From contig JBKPSK010000005.1 of NCBI GenBank assembly GCA_046734995.1, forward strand, positions 1,150 to 65,149: a stretch of DNA of 64,000 nt, in the 5' to 3' direction. The DNA is from Pseudomonadota bacterium. GTDB lineage: Bacteria > Pseudomonadota > Alphaproteobacteria > Sphingomonadales > Sphingomonadaceae. Under the pieces are notes generated by a model, which was not told the DNA's origin, did no database searches, and saw only the letters and a program-made list of their open reading frames with translations. Position 1 is the stretch's first letter, and each line of letters begins with the position of its first letter. The translations under genes and the position numbers were made by a program. This document shows positions 10,523-21,364 of this stretch, one piece after another.

Positions 10523-13036
10523 TCACAGCGTCCGTTCCCGCTCCTCGACCTCGAACACTTCGAGGTTGTCGCCCGGCTTGATGTCGTTGGTGTCAGCGAG
10601 AAGCACGCCGCATTCCATTCCGGCGCGGACCTCGGCGACGTCGTCCTTGAAGCGACGCAGCGATGAAATGGTGGTCTTCGAGACGATGACGTCCTCGCGG
10701 GTGAGGCGGGCATGCAGGCCCTTGCGGATAACGCCTTCGAGCACCAGCAGGCCGGCGGCTTTGTCCCGCTTGCCGGCCGGGAAGACTTCCTTGACCTCGG
10801 CGCGGCCGACGACGTTCTCGATGATCTCCGGCCCGAGCTCGCCGGCCATCGCCCCCTTCACCCAGTCGGTGAGGTGGTAGATGACGTCGTAGTAGCGGAA
10901 CTCGACCTTGTTGCGCGCGGCGGTCTCGCGCGCCTTGGCGTTCGGGCGGACGTTGAAGCCGATGATCGGCGCGCCGGTCGAGGCGGCGAGGGTGACGTCG
11001 CTTTCGGTGATGGCGCCGACGCCCGAATGCAGCACGCGCACCCGGATCTCGTCGGTCGAGATCTTGTTGACGGCGCTGACGATCGCTTCGACCGAGCCCT
11101 GGACGTCGGCCTTGATCACCAGCGGGAATTCGATGGTGGTGGACGTGCGGTTGGCGAACATATGCTCGACGCTGACGGGCGCCGATGTCGTACGCTTCTT
11201 GTCGAGCACGCTCTGGCGATAGTCGGCAACTTCGCGGGCTCGTGCTTCATTCTCGACGACGGTCAGCTGGTCGCCGGCGGACGGTACGGCGCTAAGGCCC
11301 AGCACTTCGACCGGGAAGGACGGCGGCGCCTCCTTCACCTGGCGGCCATGGTCGTCGATCATCGCCCGGACCTTGCCGCTCGACGCGCCGACGACAATGA
11401 CGTCGCCGACCTTCAAGGTGCCACGCTGGACGAGCACGGTCGCCAGCGGACCACGGCCCTTGTCGAGCTTGGCCTCGACCACGGTCGCCTCGGCGGGGCG
11501 GTCAGGATTGGCCTTGAGCTCGAGGATTTCGGCCTGGAGGTTGATGGCTTCGAGGAGCTTATCGAGGTTGGTCTTCTTGAGCGCGGAGACTTCGACGTCC
11601 TGGACGTCGCCACCCATCTGCTCGACGATGATCTCATGCTGCAGCAGCTCTTCGCGGACCTTCTGCGGATTGGCGCCCGGCTTGTCGATCTTGTTGATGG
11701 CGACGATCATCGGCACGCCGGCGGCCTTGGTGTGATTGATCGCCTCGATCGTCTGCGGCTTCAGGCCGTCATCGGCCGCCACCACCAGGATGACGATGTC
11801 GGTGACGTTGGCGCCGCGGGCGCGCATCTCGGTGAAGGCCTCGTGGCCCGGCGTGTCGAGGAAGGTGATCTTCTGCTTGTCGGGCAGGCTCACCTGGTAG
11901 GCGCCAATGTGCTGCGTGATGCCGCCGGCTTCGCCAGAGACGACATTGGCGCCGCGAATGGCGTCCAGCAGCGACGTCTTGCCGTGGTCAACATGGCCCA
12001 TGATGGTGACGACCGGCGGCCGCGACTGCAGCGTTTCCGGCGCATCGACGTCCGTTTCGGTCTGGATGTCGATGTCGGATTCGGAGACGCGGTTGATGCG
12101 GTGTCCGAATTCGCCGATCAATAGCTCGGCCGTGTCCTGATCGATGGTTTCGGTGATGGTGACGGGCGTCCCCATCTTAAACAACGCCTTTACCAAATCG
12201 GCACCCCGTTCGCCCATGCGCTTTGCGAGCTCCTGGACGGTGATCGCCTCGGGAACGTCGACGTCGCGAACCTGCTTCTGCGCCGGCCCGACCTCCTGGT
12301 GATGGCGCTTCTCCTTCTCGCGGGCTCGGCGGAGCGCGGCGAGGCTGCGGGCGCGGCTATCGTCCTCCCCGGAAAGGGCGCGGGAGACGGTGAGCTTGCC
12401 GGCATGGCGGCGATCCTCGCGGCCGCGGCTCGGGCGGGCGGGCTCATGGCGCTTGGGAGGATGGCCCGGCGCGGCATGATGGCGCGGGCGATCGTCGTCT
12501 TCGACTTCGGCCGCTGCAATTTCAGGCTGCGCCGCGGCACGCTCCGCCTCTTCGACAGCACGCCGAGCCGCCTCGGATGCTTCTTCCTCGGCGCGGCGCG
12601 CGGCCTCTTCCTCGGCCTTCTTCTTGTCCTCGGCTCGGCGCTTCTCTTCCTCCGTTTGCTCGATCTTGACGCGGTCGTCGCGACGGCGCGCTTCCTCGAG
12701 CGCGGACATGCGCGCTTCATCGGCCTCGCGCAGCAGGCGCTCCTGCATCTCGCGGCGGGCGGTGATGTCGTCGACCGGGCGCTTCGGAGCCGGCGCGGCC
12801 GGCTTCGGCGTGGGAGCAGCCGGCCTGGGGGCCTCGGCGGCGGGGAGCGGGGTTTTCGGCGCTTCCGTCGCAGCCTCGCCCGGCTTGCCGAGGATCCGGC
12901 GCTTCTTGACCTCGACGACGACGGTGTTCGAGCGGCCATGGCTGAAGCTTTGCTTCACCTTGCCGGTCTCGACCGTGCGCTTCAGGCCCAGCGGCGGCCG
13001 GGTACCAAGCTTGGGCTTTTCGCTCTGGTCGGTCAT
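10523..13036 (-). CDS. infB: Translation initiation factor IF-2
   Basis: [34 protein letters not shown]. Confidence 0.99.
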   Translation of the reverse strand: MTDQSEKPKLGTRPPLGLKRTVETGKVKQSFSHGRSNTVVVEVKKRRILGKPGEAATEAPKTPLPAAEAPRPAAPTPKPAAPAPKRPVDDITARREMQERLLREADEARMSALEEARRRDDRVKIEQTEEEKRRAEDKKKAEEEAARRAEEEASEAARRAVEEAERAAAQPEIAAAEVEDDDRPRHHAAPGHPPKRHEPARPSRGREDRRHAGKLTVSRALSGEDDSRARSLAALRRAREKEKRHHQEVGPAQKQVRDVDVPEAITVQELAKRMGERGADLVKALFKMGTPVTITETIDQDTAELLIGEFGHRINRVSESDIDIQTETDVDAPETLQSRPPVVTIMGHVDHGKTSLLDAIRGANVVSGEAGGITQHIGAYQVSLPDKQKITFLDTPGHEAFTEMRARGANVTDIVILVVAADDGLKPQTIEAINHTKAAGVPMIVAINKIDKPGANPQKVREELLQHEIIVEQMGGDVQDVEVSALKKTNLDKLLEAINLQAEILELKANPDRPAEATVVEAKLDKGRGPLATVLVQRGTLKVGDVIVVGASSGKVRAMIDDHGRQVKEAPPSFPVEVLGLSAVPSAGDQLTVVENEARAREVADYRQSVLDKKRTTSAPVSVEHMFANRTSTTIEFPLVIKADVQGSVEAIVSAVNKISTDEIRVRVLHSGVGAITESDVTLAASTGAPIIGFNVRPNAKARETAARNKVEFRYYDVIYHLTDWVKGAMAGELGPEIIENVVGRAEVKEVFPAGKRDKAAGLLVLEGVIRKGLHARLTREDVIVSKTTISSLRRFKDDVAEVRAGMECGVLLADTNDIKPGDNLEVFEVEERERTL

Positions 13037-13728
13037 TCTTTTCCTTCGTCCAATTCGTCGGTCGAGCCGAGGCCAGCGGCGGAGCCGCCCTCTAGCCCAG
13101 CATCGGGGTCAATGAAAGCTAGCCACCGGTCGATGGCATGGCCCACCCGCCGCGCGGCGGCAGGATCGGTCAAGGCGAGATGTACCACATTCTCGCGCCC
13201 GAGCGCCATCGACAAGATGGTGCGTCCTTCGGGAAAAACCAAGCCCTGCGGGCCTCCGCCGCCCACCCGCCAGGCCTGGTCGAGGCGGCGGCGGCCGTCC
13301 TCGCCGGCATCGGCGGCATGGATCAGCAAATGAACCTTGCCGGCCCGGGCAGCGGTTTCGACCTTGTCGGAGCCGTTGATGAGCGTTCCGCCGCGCGCCT
13401 CCAGTCCCAATCGGTCAAGTGCCGCCTGCCGCAGGGCTGCGGCGATGCGATCGCTGAGGTCGGCGGGCACCGAAACGTCGCCGGACTTGAATGCGCGGGC
13501 GAGCGCCGTCTTGAGCTTGCCCTTGGCATTGGCCGCGTCGAGGTCTGTGCGGCCGACGCCGATCCAGGCGCCGCGCCCCGGCGCGCGGGCGCGAATATCG
13601 GGCGCGACCTGGCCATCGGGTCCGAGCGCGAGCCGGATCAGCTCCTCTCGGGGCGCCGTCCGCCGAGAGAGGATGCAGGTGCGCTCCGAAACGTGCGCGA
13701 CTAGCGGATCATTGCGAGGATTCCGCAT
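13033..13728 (-). CDS. DUF448 (YlxR/RnpM) protein with L7Ae-like C-terminal part
   Basis: [19 protein letters not shown]; sits between nusA and infB; start set at ATG 13728. Confidence 0.88.
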   Translation of the reverse strand: MRNPRNDPLVAHVSERTCILSRRTAPREELIRLALGPDGQVAPDIRARAPGRGAWIGVGRTDLDAANAKGKLKTALARAFKSGDVSVPADLSDRIAAALRQAALDRLGLEARGGTLINGSDKVETAARAGKVHLLIHAADAGEDGRRRLDQAWRVGGGGPQGLVFPEGRTILSMALGRENVVHLALTDPAAARRVGHAIDRWLAFIDPDAGLEGGSAAGLGSTDELDEGKE

Positions 13729-15361
13729 CGGCGGCCTCCTCGGGCTTGGCCGGGTCCTCCTCGGACCCCGGCGCGGATGCGTCATCTTCGAACCAATGCG
13801 CGCGCGCGGCCATAATGATCTCGTTGCCCTGCTCTTCGCTGAGGCCATAGTCGGCGAGCAGGCCACCTTTGTCTTCGGGCCGGTTGCTCGGCTCGCGCTG
13901 GCGGCGCTGCTCGGGCCGTTTCTTCTGGACGAGCTCGTCGGTCGCAAGGTCGGCCAGGTCGTCCAGGGTGCGAATATTCGCCTTGCCCAATGTCACCAGC
14001 ATCTGCTCGGTGAGGTGCGGCAGCTCGGCCAGGGCATCCTCAACGCCAAGCTTGCGGCGCTCTTCACGGGAGGCGGCTTCACGGCGCTCCAGCGCCTCGG
14101 CGGCGCGGTTCTGCAGTTCCGAGGCGATGTCGTCGTCGAGGCCCTCGATCGAGGCGATTTCGTCGACCTCGACGTAGGCGACTTCCTCTAGGCTGGTGAA
14201 CCCTTCGGCAACCAGCAGCTGGGCCAGCGTCTCGTCGACGTCCAATTCGGTCTGGAACATCTCGGAACGTTCGACGAACTCGCGTTGCCGCTTCTCGGAA
14301 GCGTCGGCCTCGGTCAATATGTCGATCTGACTGCTGGTCAGCTGGCTGGCCAGGCGGACGTTCTGGCCGCGGCGGCCGATGGCAAGACTCAGCTGGTCGT
14401 CGGGGACGACCACCTCAATGCGGCTCTCTTCCTCGTCGATGACGACGCGGCTGACCGTCGCCGGCTGGAGGGCGTTGACGACGAAAGTCGCCAGGTCTTC
14501 GCTCCACGGGATGATGTCGATCTTCTCGCCCTGCAGTTCCTGGACGACGGCCTGGACGCGGCTGCCCTTCATGCCGACGCAGGCGCCGACCGGGTCGATC
14601 GAGCTGTCGTGGCTGATGACTCCGATCTTGGCGCGGCTGCCCGGATCGCGGGCTGCGGCCCGGATCTCGATGATGCCGTCGTAAATCTCGGGCACTTCCT
14701 GCGCGAACAGCTTCTTCATGAAGTCGGGATGGGCGCGGCTAAGGAAGATCTGCGGGCCGCGCGCCTCGCGGCGGACGGCGAGGATCAGGGAGCGAATGCG
14801 GTCGCCGACGCGGACCATCTCGCGCGGGATCTGCTGGTCGCGGCGGATGACGCCCTCGGCCCGGCCAAGATCGACGACGATGTGGCCGAACTCGACGCGC
14901 TTGACGACGCCGGTGATGACTTCGCCCGCACGTTCCTTGAACTCTTCATACTGGCGCTCGCGCTCGGCGTCGCGGACCTTCTGGAAGATGACCTGCTTGG
15001 CGGCCTGGGCGGCGATGCGGCCGAACTCGATCGGCGGCAGCGGATCGACGATGAAGTCGCCAATCTTGGCGTCCTTCTGCAGCTTCTGGGCGCCCTTGAC
15101 GTCGACCTGCTTGAAGTAATCATCGACCTCCTCGACGACTTCGAGAACGCGCCACAGGCGCAGGTCGCCGGTCACCGGATCGAGCTTGGCGCGGATGTCG
15201 TTCTCGGCACCGTAGCGGGCGCGGGCGGCGCGCTGGATCGCGTCCTCCATCGCCTCGATGACGATGCCCTTGTCGATCAGCTTTTCGCGCGCGACGGCGT
15301 CGGCGATGGCGAGCAGCTCGGCCTTGTTGGCGGTGGGGGCTGCGGGGGCTGCAGAAGCCAT
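13709..15361 (-). CDS. nusA: Transcription termination/antitermination factor NusA
   Basis: [47 protein letters not shown]. Confidence 0.99.
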   Translation of the reverse strand: MASAAPAAPTANKAELLAIADAVAREKLIDKGIVIEAMEDAIQRAARARYGAENDIRAKLDPVTGDLRLWRVLEVVEEVDDYFKQVDVKGAQKLQKDAKIGDFIVDPLPPIEFGRIAAQAAKQVIFQKVRDAERERQYEEFKERAGEVITGVVKRVEFGHIVVDLGRAEGVIRRDQQIPREMVRVGDRIRSLILAVRREARGPQIFLSRAHPDFMKKLFAQEVPEIYDGIIEIRAAARDPGSRAKIGVISHDSSIDPVGACVGMKGSRVQAVVQELQGEKIDIIPWSEDLATFVVNALQPATVSRVVIDEEESRIEVVVPDDQLSLAIGRRGQNVRLASQLTSSQIDILTEADASEKRQREFVERSEMFQTELDVDETLAQLLVAEGFTSLEEVAYVEVDEIASIEGLDDDIASELQNRAAEALERREAASREERRKLGVEDALAELPHLTEQMLVTLGKANIRTLDDLADLATDELVQKKRPEQRRQREPSNRPEDKGGLLADYGLSEEQGNEIIMAARAHWFEDDASAPGSEEDPAKPEEAADAESSQ

Positions 15362-15366
15362 GGTGA

Positions 15367-15891
15367 TCAACCTTCCGTTTTGATGAGATCGGCGCCCTCG
15401 GTGCTGAGCGGCGCGGTGGCGGTGATGAGCTTGTCGGTCAAGAGCAACTTGGCCGAAGCGATGGAATTGAACGGGACTTGGCGGACCCCTTTCGTGGTGG
15501 CGATGCTTATGGTGTCGCCGGAAACGCCCTTGATGATGCCCGAGACTTGCTTGGCGCCGTCGATCGGCTCGTCGAATCGAATGCGGGCTTCGTGGCCGGC
15601 CCAGTCGGCAAAGTCGGACAGCCTCGTCAATGGCCGGTCGATGCCGGGCGACGAGACCTCCAGCCGGTAGGCGCCCTCAATCGGATCGCGCTCGTCCAGC
15701 AGGTCGGAGATGCGCCGCGAAATCGCCTGGCAGTCGTCGAGGTCGAGCTGGCGCGTGTCGGGTCGCTCGGCCATGATCTGCAACGTCGGGTCGGAAGCAC
15801 CACCGGTCATCGCCACGCGCACGAGGTCGAAGCCGAGGGCCTTCACCTCCGGCTCGATCAACTTCCTCACCGCGGCCAAATCCGCTTCCAT
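15367..15891 (-). CDS. rimP: Ribosome maturation factor RimP
   Basis: YRLEVSSPGIDRPL; first gene of the nusA operon; start set at ATG 15891. Confidence 0.96.
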   Translation of the reverse strand: MEADLAAVRKLIEPEVKALGFDLVRVAMTGGASDPTLQIMAERPDTRQLDLDDCQAISRRISDLLDERDPIEGAYRLEVSSPGIDRPLTRLSDFADWAGHEARIRFDEPIDGAKQVSGIIKGVSGDTISIATTKGVRQVPFNSIASAKLLLTDKLITATAPLSTEGADLIKTEG

Positions 15892-15982
15892 GGCGTCCTT
15901 CGCAAACTCAAACGGCACTCGAGCCGGCCCCGGGGTTCCGGAACCAGCCTCAGCATCTCAACGATGTCGAGGAGTGGCCGCG

Positions 15983-16011
15983 ATATAGGCCCGGAAGCGG
16001 GCCGGTGCAAG
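15983..16011 (-). promoter_or_regulatory. Probable promoter of the rimP-nusA-infB operon
   Basis: CTTGCA-N16-CCTATAT on the minus strand, RpoD/RpoH-like alphaproteobacterial pattern. Confidence 0.5.
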
Positions 16012-16014
16012 CAG

Positions 16015-16509
16015 TCAGGACAGGGAAGCGAGCGCCCGGCTCTCCTCGCGGATGCGGACCAACAGGACCGCGGCGTTGAGAAGGCTGAACGTCAGGGCAA
16101 CGACCGGCAGGCCGAACACCAGGGGAAGCACGGCAATCTCACCGATGACGACAAAATAATTGGGGTGGTTGACCCAGCGATAGGGTCCGGCCCGTACCAG
16201 CGGCGCGCCCGGCAGGATAATGATCCGGGTGGTCCAGCGCTCGCCGAGCGTGACGATGACCCAGATGCGGGCTGCCTGGAGCAAGACGAACGGCACCAGG
16301 GCGGCGAGGTGGATCGGTTGCCCCGGAGCGAGGAGCCAGAGGGTGACGAGCCAGCCGGCGTGGACGGCGACGATAAGCGGATAATGGCCGCGCCCGACTT
16401 CATGGGCGCCTCGCGCAAGCAAGTGCCGTGTGTTGCGCTCGGCCAGCATCAACTCGCCCAGACGCTGCAGCGTCACCAACGCCAGAATCAAATAGGCCGG
16501 CCAGATCAC
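16015..16509 (-). CDS. Isoprenylcysteine carboxyl methyltransferase family protein (SrsB/BpsB-like)
   Basis: QRLGEL, LGERWTTRII, GPYRWVNHPNY, RIREE; overlaps the PKS stop. Confidence 0.92.
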   Translation of the reverse strand: MIWPAYLILALVTLQRLGELMLAERNTRHLLARGAHEVGRGHYPLIVAVHAGWLVTLWLLAPGQPIHLAALVPFVLLQAARIWVIVTLGERWTTRIIILPGAPLVRAGPYRWVNHPNYFVVIGEIAVLPLVFGLPVVALTFSLLNAAVLLVRIREESRALASLS

Positions 16510-17552
16510 GCGGCTTCGAGCAGCATTCCGGCACAGGTGAAGCCTGGTCCGAAGGCGGTCATCATCACCCGGTCGGGCAGGCCGCGTTCGAGCAGCCGCT
16601 GGAGCACGAACAGCACCGTCGGCGCACTCATATTGCCGTAATCGTGCAGCACTTCGCGCTCAATGTTCAGCTCCCCCTGCGGCAACTCGAGCGCGGTTTC
16701 GATCGCGTCGATGACCTTCACGCCGCCGGGATGGCAGCAGAAGCGGTCGATCGAGCTGCGTTCCACGCCAAGCTTGGCAAGCATGGTGTTCACAGCCCCT
16801 GCCAGTTCGCGCTCGATAAATGGCGGGATGGCGCGGTCGAAGACGACGGCGAGGCCCGGGTCCTCGACGTCCCACCCCATGATCCGCAAGGTCTCCGGCC
16901 ACAGCTTCTCCGCCGAGCCGCCGATGCGCGCCAGGGAATGCTCGCCCGATGTCACTACCGCGGCGGCGGCGCCGTCGCCGAACAGGGCCGTGGCAACCAC
17001 CGCGGAAGGATCGTCGCTGTCGAGGCGGATGGAGATGGAGCAGGTTTCGACCGTGACCATCAGCCATTTGCTGCCGGGTTCTGCAGTGGCTAACCGTGCC
17101 GCGGTCGACAGCCCGCTGACGCCGCCGGCGCAGCCCAGCCCGAAGACCGGCACCCGCCGTACATCGTCGCGAAAGCCGACGCGGGAAGCGGCGCGGGCTT
17201 CCAGGCTGGGCGTGGCGATGCCGGTAGTGGTGACAGTGACGACGCCGTCGATCTCGTCGGGTGCGAGGCCGGCCTTGTCGATCGCAGCGCTGGCGGCTTC
17301 GACGAACAATTGCTCCGCCGCTTCGAGATAGAGGTTGTTACGGTCCTGCCAGCCGTGATTGCCCATGTACCAGTCCGCGGGCGTGACGATATGCCGCTTG
17401 GCGATCCCCGCGTTGTCGAACACGCCCGCGAGCCGGTCGAACAGGGCCTTCTTGCCCCCAAACGCTTCGCGCGCGGCCGCCTTGGCGTCCGGTTGGCTGA
17501 TGACGTGCGGCGGAACGGCCGTCGCCAGGGACAGGAGACTGCAGCGGTTCAT
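16506..17552 (-). CDS. Type III polyketide synthase (SrsA/BpsA-like)
   Basis: Catalytic Cys in GLGCAGG, HPGG, GNMS, ALFGDGAAA, FGPGF. Confidence 0.95.
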   Translation of the reverse strand: MNRCSLLSLATAVPPHVISQPDAKAAAREAFGGKKALFDRLAGVFDNAGIAKRHIVTPADWYMGNHGWQDRNNLYLEAAEQLFVEAASAAIDKAGLAPDEIDGVVTVTTTGIATPSLEARAASRVGFRDDVRRVPVFGLGCAGGVSGLSTAARLATAEPGSKWLMVTVETCSISIRLDSDDPSAVVATALFGDGAAAAVVTSGEHSLARIGGSAEKLWPETLRIMGWDVEDPGLAVVFDRAIPPFIERELAGAVNTMLAKLGVERSSIDRFCCHPGGVKVIDAIETALELPQGELNIEREVLHDYGNMSAPTVLFVLQRLLERGLPDRVMMTAFGPGFTCAGMLLEAA

Positions 17553-17665
17553 GCTGTTCCTTGTATCGGCGGATACGACAGCCGCCCATGACTAGAAGTC
17601 CACATTGGATGACCCCACGCTTAATGCAAGCCGCACTGCTGTGGCGGCTTGGCCGTGCGGCGGTT

Positions 17666-17698
17666 GGACTGGCCCGCGGGGGCTAGGCGGGCCAGTCC
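17666..17698 (-). terminator. Hairpin after the small secreted protein gene
   Basis: ggactggcccgc-N9-gcgggccagtcc. Confidence 0.55.
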
Positions 17699-17714
17699 GT
17701 CGCGCTTCCGCGAC

Positions 17715-18035
17715 CTACTCAGGACCCTTGAAACATGCGAGGTCGTACTGCGACACCGAAGCCGTGTTCTTGTTGTTGATCCCGTCCTGTTCACCGGCAT
17801 AATGAGCGCCGGATTTGCTATCCTCCTGGAAGGGTGAACCTGGGCCGGGCTCGCGGCCCGACTGGCTCGGGGCGGCTCCGCCCTCGTCGCATTCGAGGCC
17901 GTCCTCGCCGCCCACTTGCTGACCGGTTTCGTGATTGGGTGAGATGCTGCCCGCTGCCGGCTGGGCCAAGGCGCCCGGCGCAAGGGAGGCCACCGAAATG
18001 ACCGTCGCGGCAGCAAGAGCGATGGAACGTCTCAT
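17715..18035 (-). CDS. Small secreted protein with two Cys
   Basis: AAAGGAG RBS, Sec signal ending ALA, Gly/Ser/Glu-rich body, HYAGEQ..N..SVSQYDLACF tail. Confidence 0.85.
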   Translation of the reverse strand: MRRSIALAAATVISVASLAPGALAQPAAGSISPNHETGQQVGGEDGLECDEGGAAPSQSGREPGPGSPFQEDSKSGAHYAGEQDGINNKNTASVSQYDLACFKGPE

Positions 18036-18122
18036 ATCAAGCTCCTTTGTCTGGCCCCGCTCTTGAACGGATACGCAGGTACAGCTCTGCTCGGCGACAA
18101 GTCACCTTTGAGAGCGAGTGGT

Positions 18123-18150
18123 TAGTGGCTGCAGGTGGCTCAACGGTTCA
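18123..18150 (-). promoter_or_regulatory. Putative ECF promoter, copy B
   Basis: TGAACC-N16-CCACTA; same pattern as upstream of the ECF sigma gene. Confidence 0.5.
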
Positions 18151-18164
18151 ATTCGACCGCGCTC

Positions 18165-18980
18165 CTAGAGGGTCCAGCTGAGCCCGAGGATCAGTGCGTT
18201 TCGGCTGTGCGAATGGCCCCGATAATAGTCGCGGTCCGGGCCGCCTCCAGCCGCGATCACGTGGAGGGAAGCCCGCCCGACTTCCCGCGCGAGGCCCAAG
18301 CGCCAATCATATTGCGTTTCGGAGTTTTCGCTCTCGTCGCGATACTGGATCGGAACCAGCACGCCGACATGACCCGTCAGTTGGAGTTTCCGCGCCGGAC
18401 TGAGGTTCGCGTCGATCTCCCCGTAAAGCGTTCGCGCCCCGTTTTCGAAATAATGCGGCGAGAAGGCGATGCGGGACGACAGGAACCCGTGACTGATGCC
18501 GGCATAGACTTCAGTGTAGGAGTTTGACGTCGAAGCGCTCGAATATCGCGAATAATTCGATTGAACGACGCCCAGATCGACAGTGATGCCCGATCCAAGC
18601 CGCCTGGCATAACCGCCATTCAGCTGGATCCCCAGCGGTCGGATCTCGTCAACCGAGCGCGCAACAACGCTGGCAGAAACGGCCGCGTAAAGGCCGTCAG
18701 GGTCGTCGTATGACAGATCGATAATGCCGACAGGCCTACCGGCGCTGAGCGAGTACCCACGAAATCTTGAGTCGCTGAAGATGGAGACTGCGGCGCCGAC
18801 CTCAGCCGCTGCGGGACAGGATGCGCAAAAACACGCTCCTGCAAGCAAGTGGCCGGCGAAGCGAATGAAGGAAACCGGTTTACCGGGCCAGCTGGACGCT
18901 CGCGATGCCTGTGTGGGCGCAGGCGCAATCACAGCCATGCGCCGCCCGAACCAGGGTCGCGCAGGCATCGATCGCACCAT
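18165..18980 (-). CDS. TorF/Gcw_chp-like outer-membrane beta-barrel protein (start uncertain)
   Basis: SDSRFRGYSLS..RP, YTEVYAG, YDWRLG, aromatic C-terminus LSWTL; true start probably downstream of 18980. Confidence 0.8.
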   Translation of the reverse strand: MVRSMPARPWFGRRMAVIAPAPTQASRASSWPGKPVSFIRFAGHLLAGACFCASCPAAAEVGAAVSIFSDSRFRGYSLSAGRPVGIIDLSYDDPDGLYAAVSASVVARSVDEIRPLGIQLNGGYARRLGSGITVDLGVVQSNYSRYSSASTSNSYTEVYAGISHGFLSSRIAFSPHYFENGARTLYGEIDANLSPARKLQLTGHVGVLVPIQYRDESENSETQYDWRLGLAREVGRASLHVIAAGGGPDRDYYRGHSHSRNALILGLSWTL

Positions 18981-20121
18981 TCCGTTCGGACACGAGGCTG
19001 ATCACCGCGGAGTGGCCTTTCTGCCGAAGGAGCGCGACGAGGCCGCTGACATGGGCCGCGGCATAGGAGCTGCCATTGACGAGAAACCATCGTCCTCCCG
19101 GCTGTGTGGTCGGCACGTCGTGTCCGGGCGCAGTGTAGACGCGGCCGCGGAGCGGAGCCAATCTCGCGTCCGAAACAGCAATGACGCCGGACACTGACGC
19201 CGGAAACCCACCGTCCGCGCGCTTCGGGTCGAACGCCGTAACTACGGCAATGCCGTCCTCCAGCGCGGTCCCGAGGAGGAGGCGCAGCAACCGATCGTCG
19301 GGGCCGCTGAGGCTCATATTGATGACGTCGGCTTTCTCGCCGATCGCAAAATAGAGTGCCTTCACCAGGCTGAAGCTGTCGCACAGCGTGCGGACGGCAG
19401 ACGCCTGCCAGCATGCGCGCAAGCCGAGGATCTTCGAACCTGGAGCCACGCCGGTGATTCCCAGGCGATTATCGGCTTTGGCGGCGATGATCCCGGCAAC
19501 ACCGGTCCCGTGCTGTTCAAAGGCCGGCTTGTGCCCGGCAACGAAGTTTCGATTGATGACGATCTGCCCGTCGAGGTCGGGATGGCGCGCTTCGATGCCG
19601 CTATCGATGACGGCAATTCTTATTCCCTGCCCGGTGGCGAGTTCGTGCAAGTCCGCCAAGCGCCATTGCCGGGTAACCGGCTGAGCCGGAAAAAGCGGAT
19701 CGTTGTGTGACACGGATCCGCCACGCGCTTCGTAAAGCGTGACGGGTTGCGCCCATTCGACCTGCGCGTCGTGCGATACCTCTTGAGCAGCTGTTTCGGT
19801 CAACCGACCGCGAGGCACAGCCATCACGAAACAATCGAGGCCAATCTTCGGCATTGGCCAGGCATCAACCAACGTAAGACCGTGAAGTCGGGCGATGCGC
19901 CGTGCCAGCCGTTCGCGGGCACTTCGCGCAAGCTCGTCGCCATAACCGCCGCCATAAGCTCCGTTCGGGCGGTAATGGTCGGCGGGATGCCGGACCATGA
20001 CCAGGATCTGCTGTTCCGGCGGCGTGACGGTCAGCTCCGCCGCTGCCGGTACAGGCCGCATCATACCAACGGCCAGCAGGCAGATGGCGATCAGCCAGCG
20101 AACAGCGACGAGTCTGTTCAA
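18880..20121 (-). CDS. S8 subtilisin-like serine peptidase, exported
   Basis: Triad in VIDSG, HGTGVAG, GSSYAAAHVSG; signal peptide, prodomain, Cys-rich tail. Confidence 0.93.
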   Translation of the reverse strand: MNRLVAVRWLIAICLLAVGMMRPVPAAAELTVTPPEQQILVMVRHPADHYRPNGAYGGGYGDELARSARERLARRIARLHGLTLVDAWPMPKIGLDCFVMAVPRGRLTETAAQEVSHDAQVEWAQPVTLYEARGGSVSHNDPLFPAQPVTRQWRLADLHELATGQGIRIAVIDSGIEARHPDLDGQIVINRNFVAGHKPAFEQHGTGVAGIIAAKADNRLGITGVAPGSKILGLRACWQASAVRTLCDSFSLVKALYFAIGEKADVINMSLSGPDDRLLRLLLGTALEDGIAVVTAFDPKRADGGFPASVSGVIAVSDARLAPLRGRVYTAPGHDVPTTQPGGRWFLVNGSSYAAAHVSGLVALLRQKGHSAVISLVSERNGAIDACATLVRAAHGCDCACAHTGIASVQLAR

Positions 20122-20738
20122 GACGCCGGTCCGTCAATCGGCTGGGCCAAGGTCACATTTGCGTCGGCGCGCAATTTGGCGAGCGCCGACGGACGAGAAT
20201 CCGCCGGCACGTGCAGCAAATACGTATCGGTCGCTGTCGGGCCGCCGACGAGTGAGGCGCCGCTGGCCTCCAGCGCGCCGCGGAGATCCGCTTCTCGAGC
20301 CTCGGGACGGAACATCACGATGACATTCGCTGCCGCCGCGGCCTGGGGAGCACCGAGAGCCTGATAGTCCGGGCGGCTCATTGTCTGCAGGACGGCCGCG
20401 GCCAGGATCAGGAAGGCGATCTGCGCGGTCGCCAGCGTGGCCACGGCCGGGCGAGTCAGCAAATGCCAGAATCCGGCGAGCGCTCCCCCGATTGAGAAGC
20501 GCGCACGCTCCCGGGCTTCGATCCGGCTGCGAAGCCGCGCCCAGCCACTGTCAATTTCAGGTGATAGCGACTGAAACTCGTCAATCAGGAGACGTTCTGC
20601 GCTCAGCTTGCTCCGGCAGGGGGCACAGGTGGCGAGATGAGTCTCAACGAGCGTTCGGTCGACTGGGTCGAGTTGGCCCGTCGCATACCAGGGAAGCAGC
20701 TCCTCCGCCTGATCATGGGAATCGTTGGGCATCGCCAT
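20118..20738 (-). CDS. zf-HC2 (ZAS) anti-sigma factor, one TM plus periplasmic domain
   Basis: LLPWYATGQL..VETHLATCAPC (HxxxCxxC), TM helix; directly follows the sigma gene. Confidence 0.92.
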   Translation of the reverse strand: MAMPNDSHDQAEELLPWYATGQLDPVDRTLVETHLATCAPCRSKLSAERLLIDEFQSLSPEIDSGWARLRSRIEARERARFSIGGALAGFWHLLTRPAVATLATAQIAFLILAAAVLQTMSRPDYQALGAPQAAAAANVIVMFRPEAREADLRGALEASGASLVGGPTATDTYLLHVPADSRPSALAKLRADANVTLAQPIDGPAS

Positions 20739-20742
20739 TATC

Positions 20743-21342
20743 CTAGATCCAATCCGCCAGCGATCCGGACATTGCATCCCTAAGCCGGCGGCGCGCGTGA
20801 AACATGCGGGTCTTCACCGTATCGACCGGGCAATTCATGACCTCGGCGATCTCCCGGTAGCCCATGCCGTGAAAGTAGGTGAGGTCGACCACGGCGCGAT
20901 GGTCGGCCGACAGCTTGCTCATGGAGGATATCAGAGCATCGTGCAGCTGCTGGTGCTGCAGTTGCTCGTCCGCCGCTGGTTCGAGGCTGACGCGGGTATC
21001 GAACGGCTCTTCCTCGACCGGCTCTGGCCAGCGCGCCTTGGCCTTGATCGCCTTGCGATAGGCAATGCTGAAGATCCAGGTCGACAATTTGCTTGTTCCC
21101 CTGAAGTTTCCGGCCGTTTCCCATACCACCATCATCGTGTCGTCCAGCACCTCCTCGACCAGCCCAGGGCGTTGCACGAGATTGAAGAGAAACCGGGCCA
21201 GGCGCGGCTGGTAGATCCGGTACAGCCTTTCAAACGCATGCAAGTCTCGCCCGCGCACGCCTTCAAGCAGCTCATTTTCTTCGAGCCCACTTGGTCGCGA
21301 TGCATTGCTATGCGGGCGGCGGGCCGCCCCTTGCACACTCAC
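20743..21342 (-). CDS. ECF sigma factor
   Basis: AFERLY, STWIFSIAYR (region 2); YREIAEVMNCPVDTVKTRMFHARRRL (region 4). Confidence 0.95.
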   Translation of the reverse strand: MSVQGAARRPHSNASRPSGLEENELLEGVRGRDLHAFERLYRIYQPRLARFLFNLVQRPGLVEEVLDDTMMVVWETAGNFRGTSKLSTWIFSIAYRKAIKAKARWPEPVEEEPFDTRVSLEPAADEQLQHQQLHDALISSMSKLSADHRAVVDLTYFHGMGYREIAEVMNCPVDTVKTRMFHARRRLRDAMSGSLADWI

Positions 21343-21364
21343 TTAACACCCTCCCGCCTTGCCA

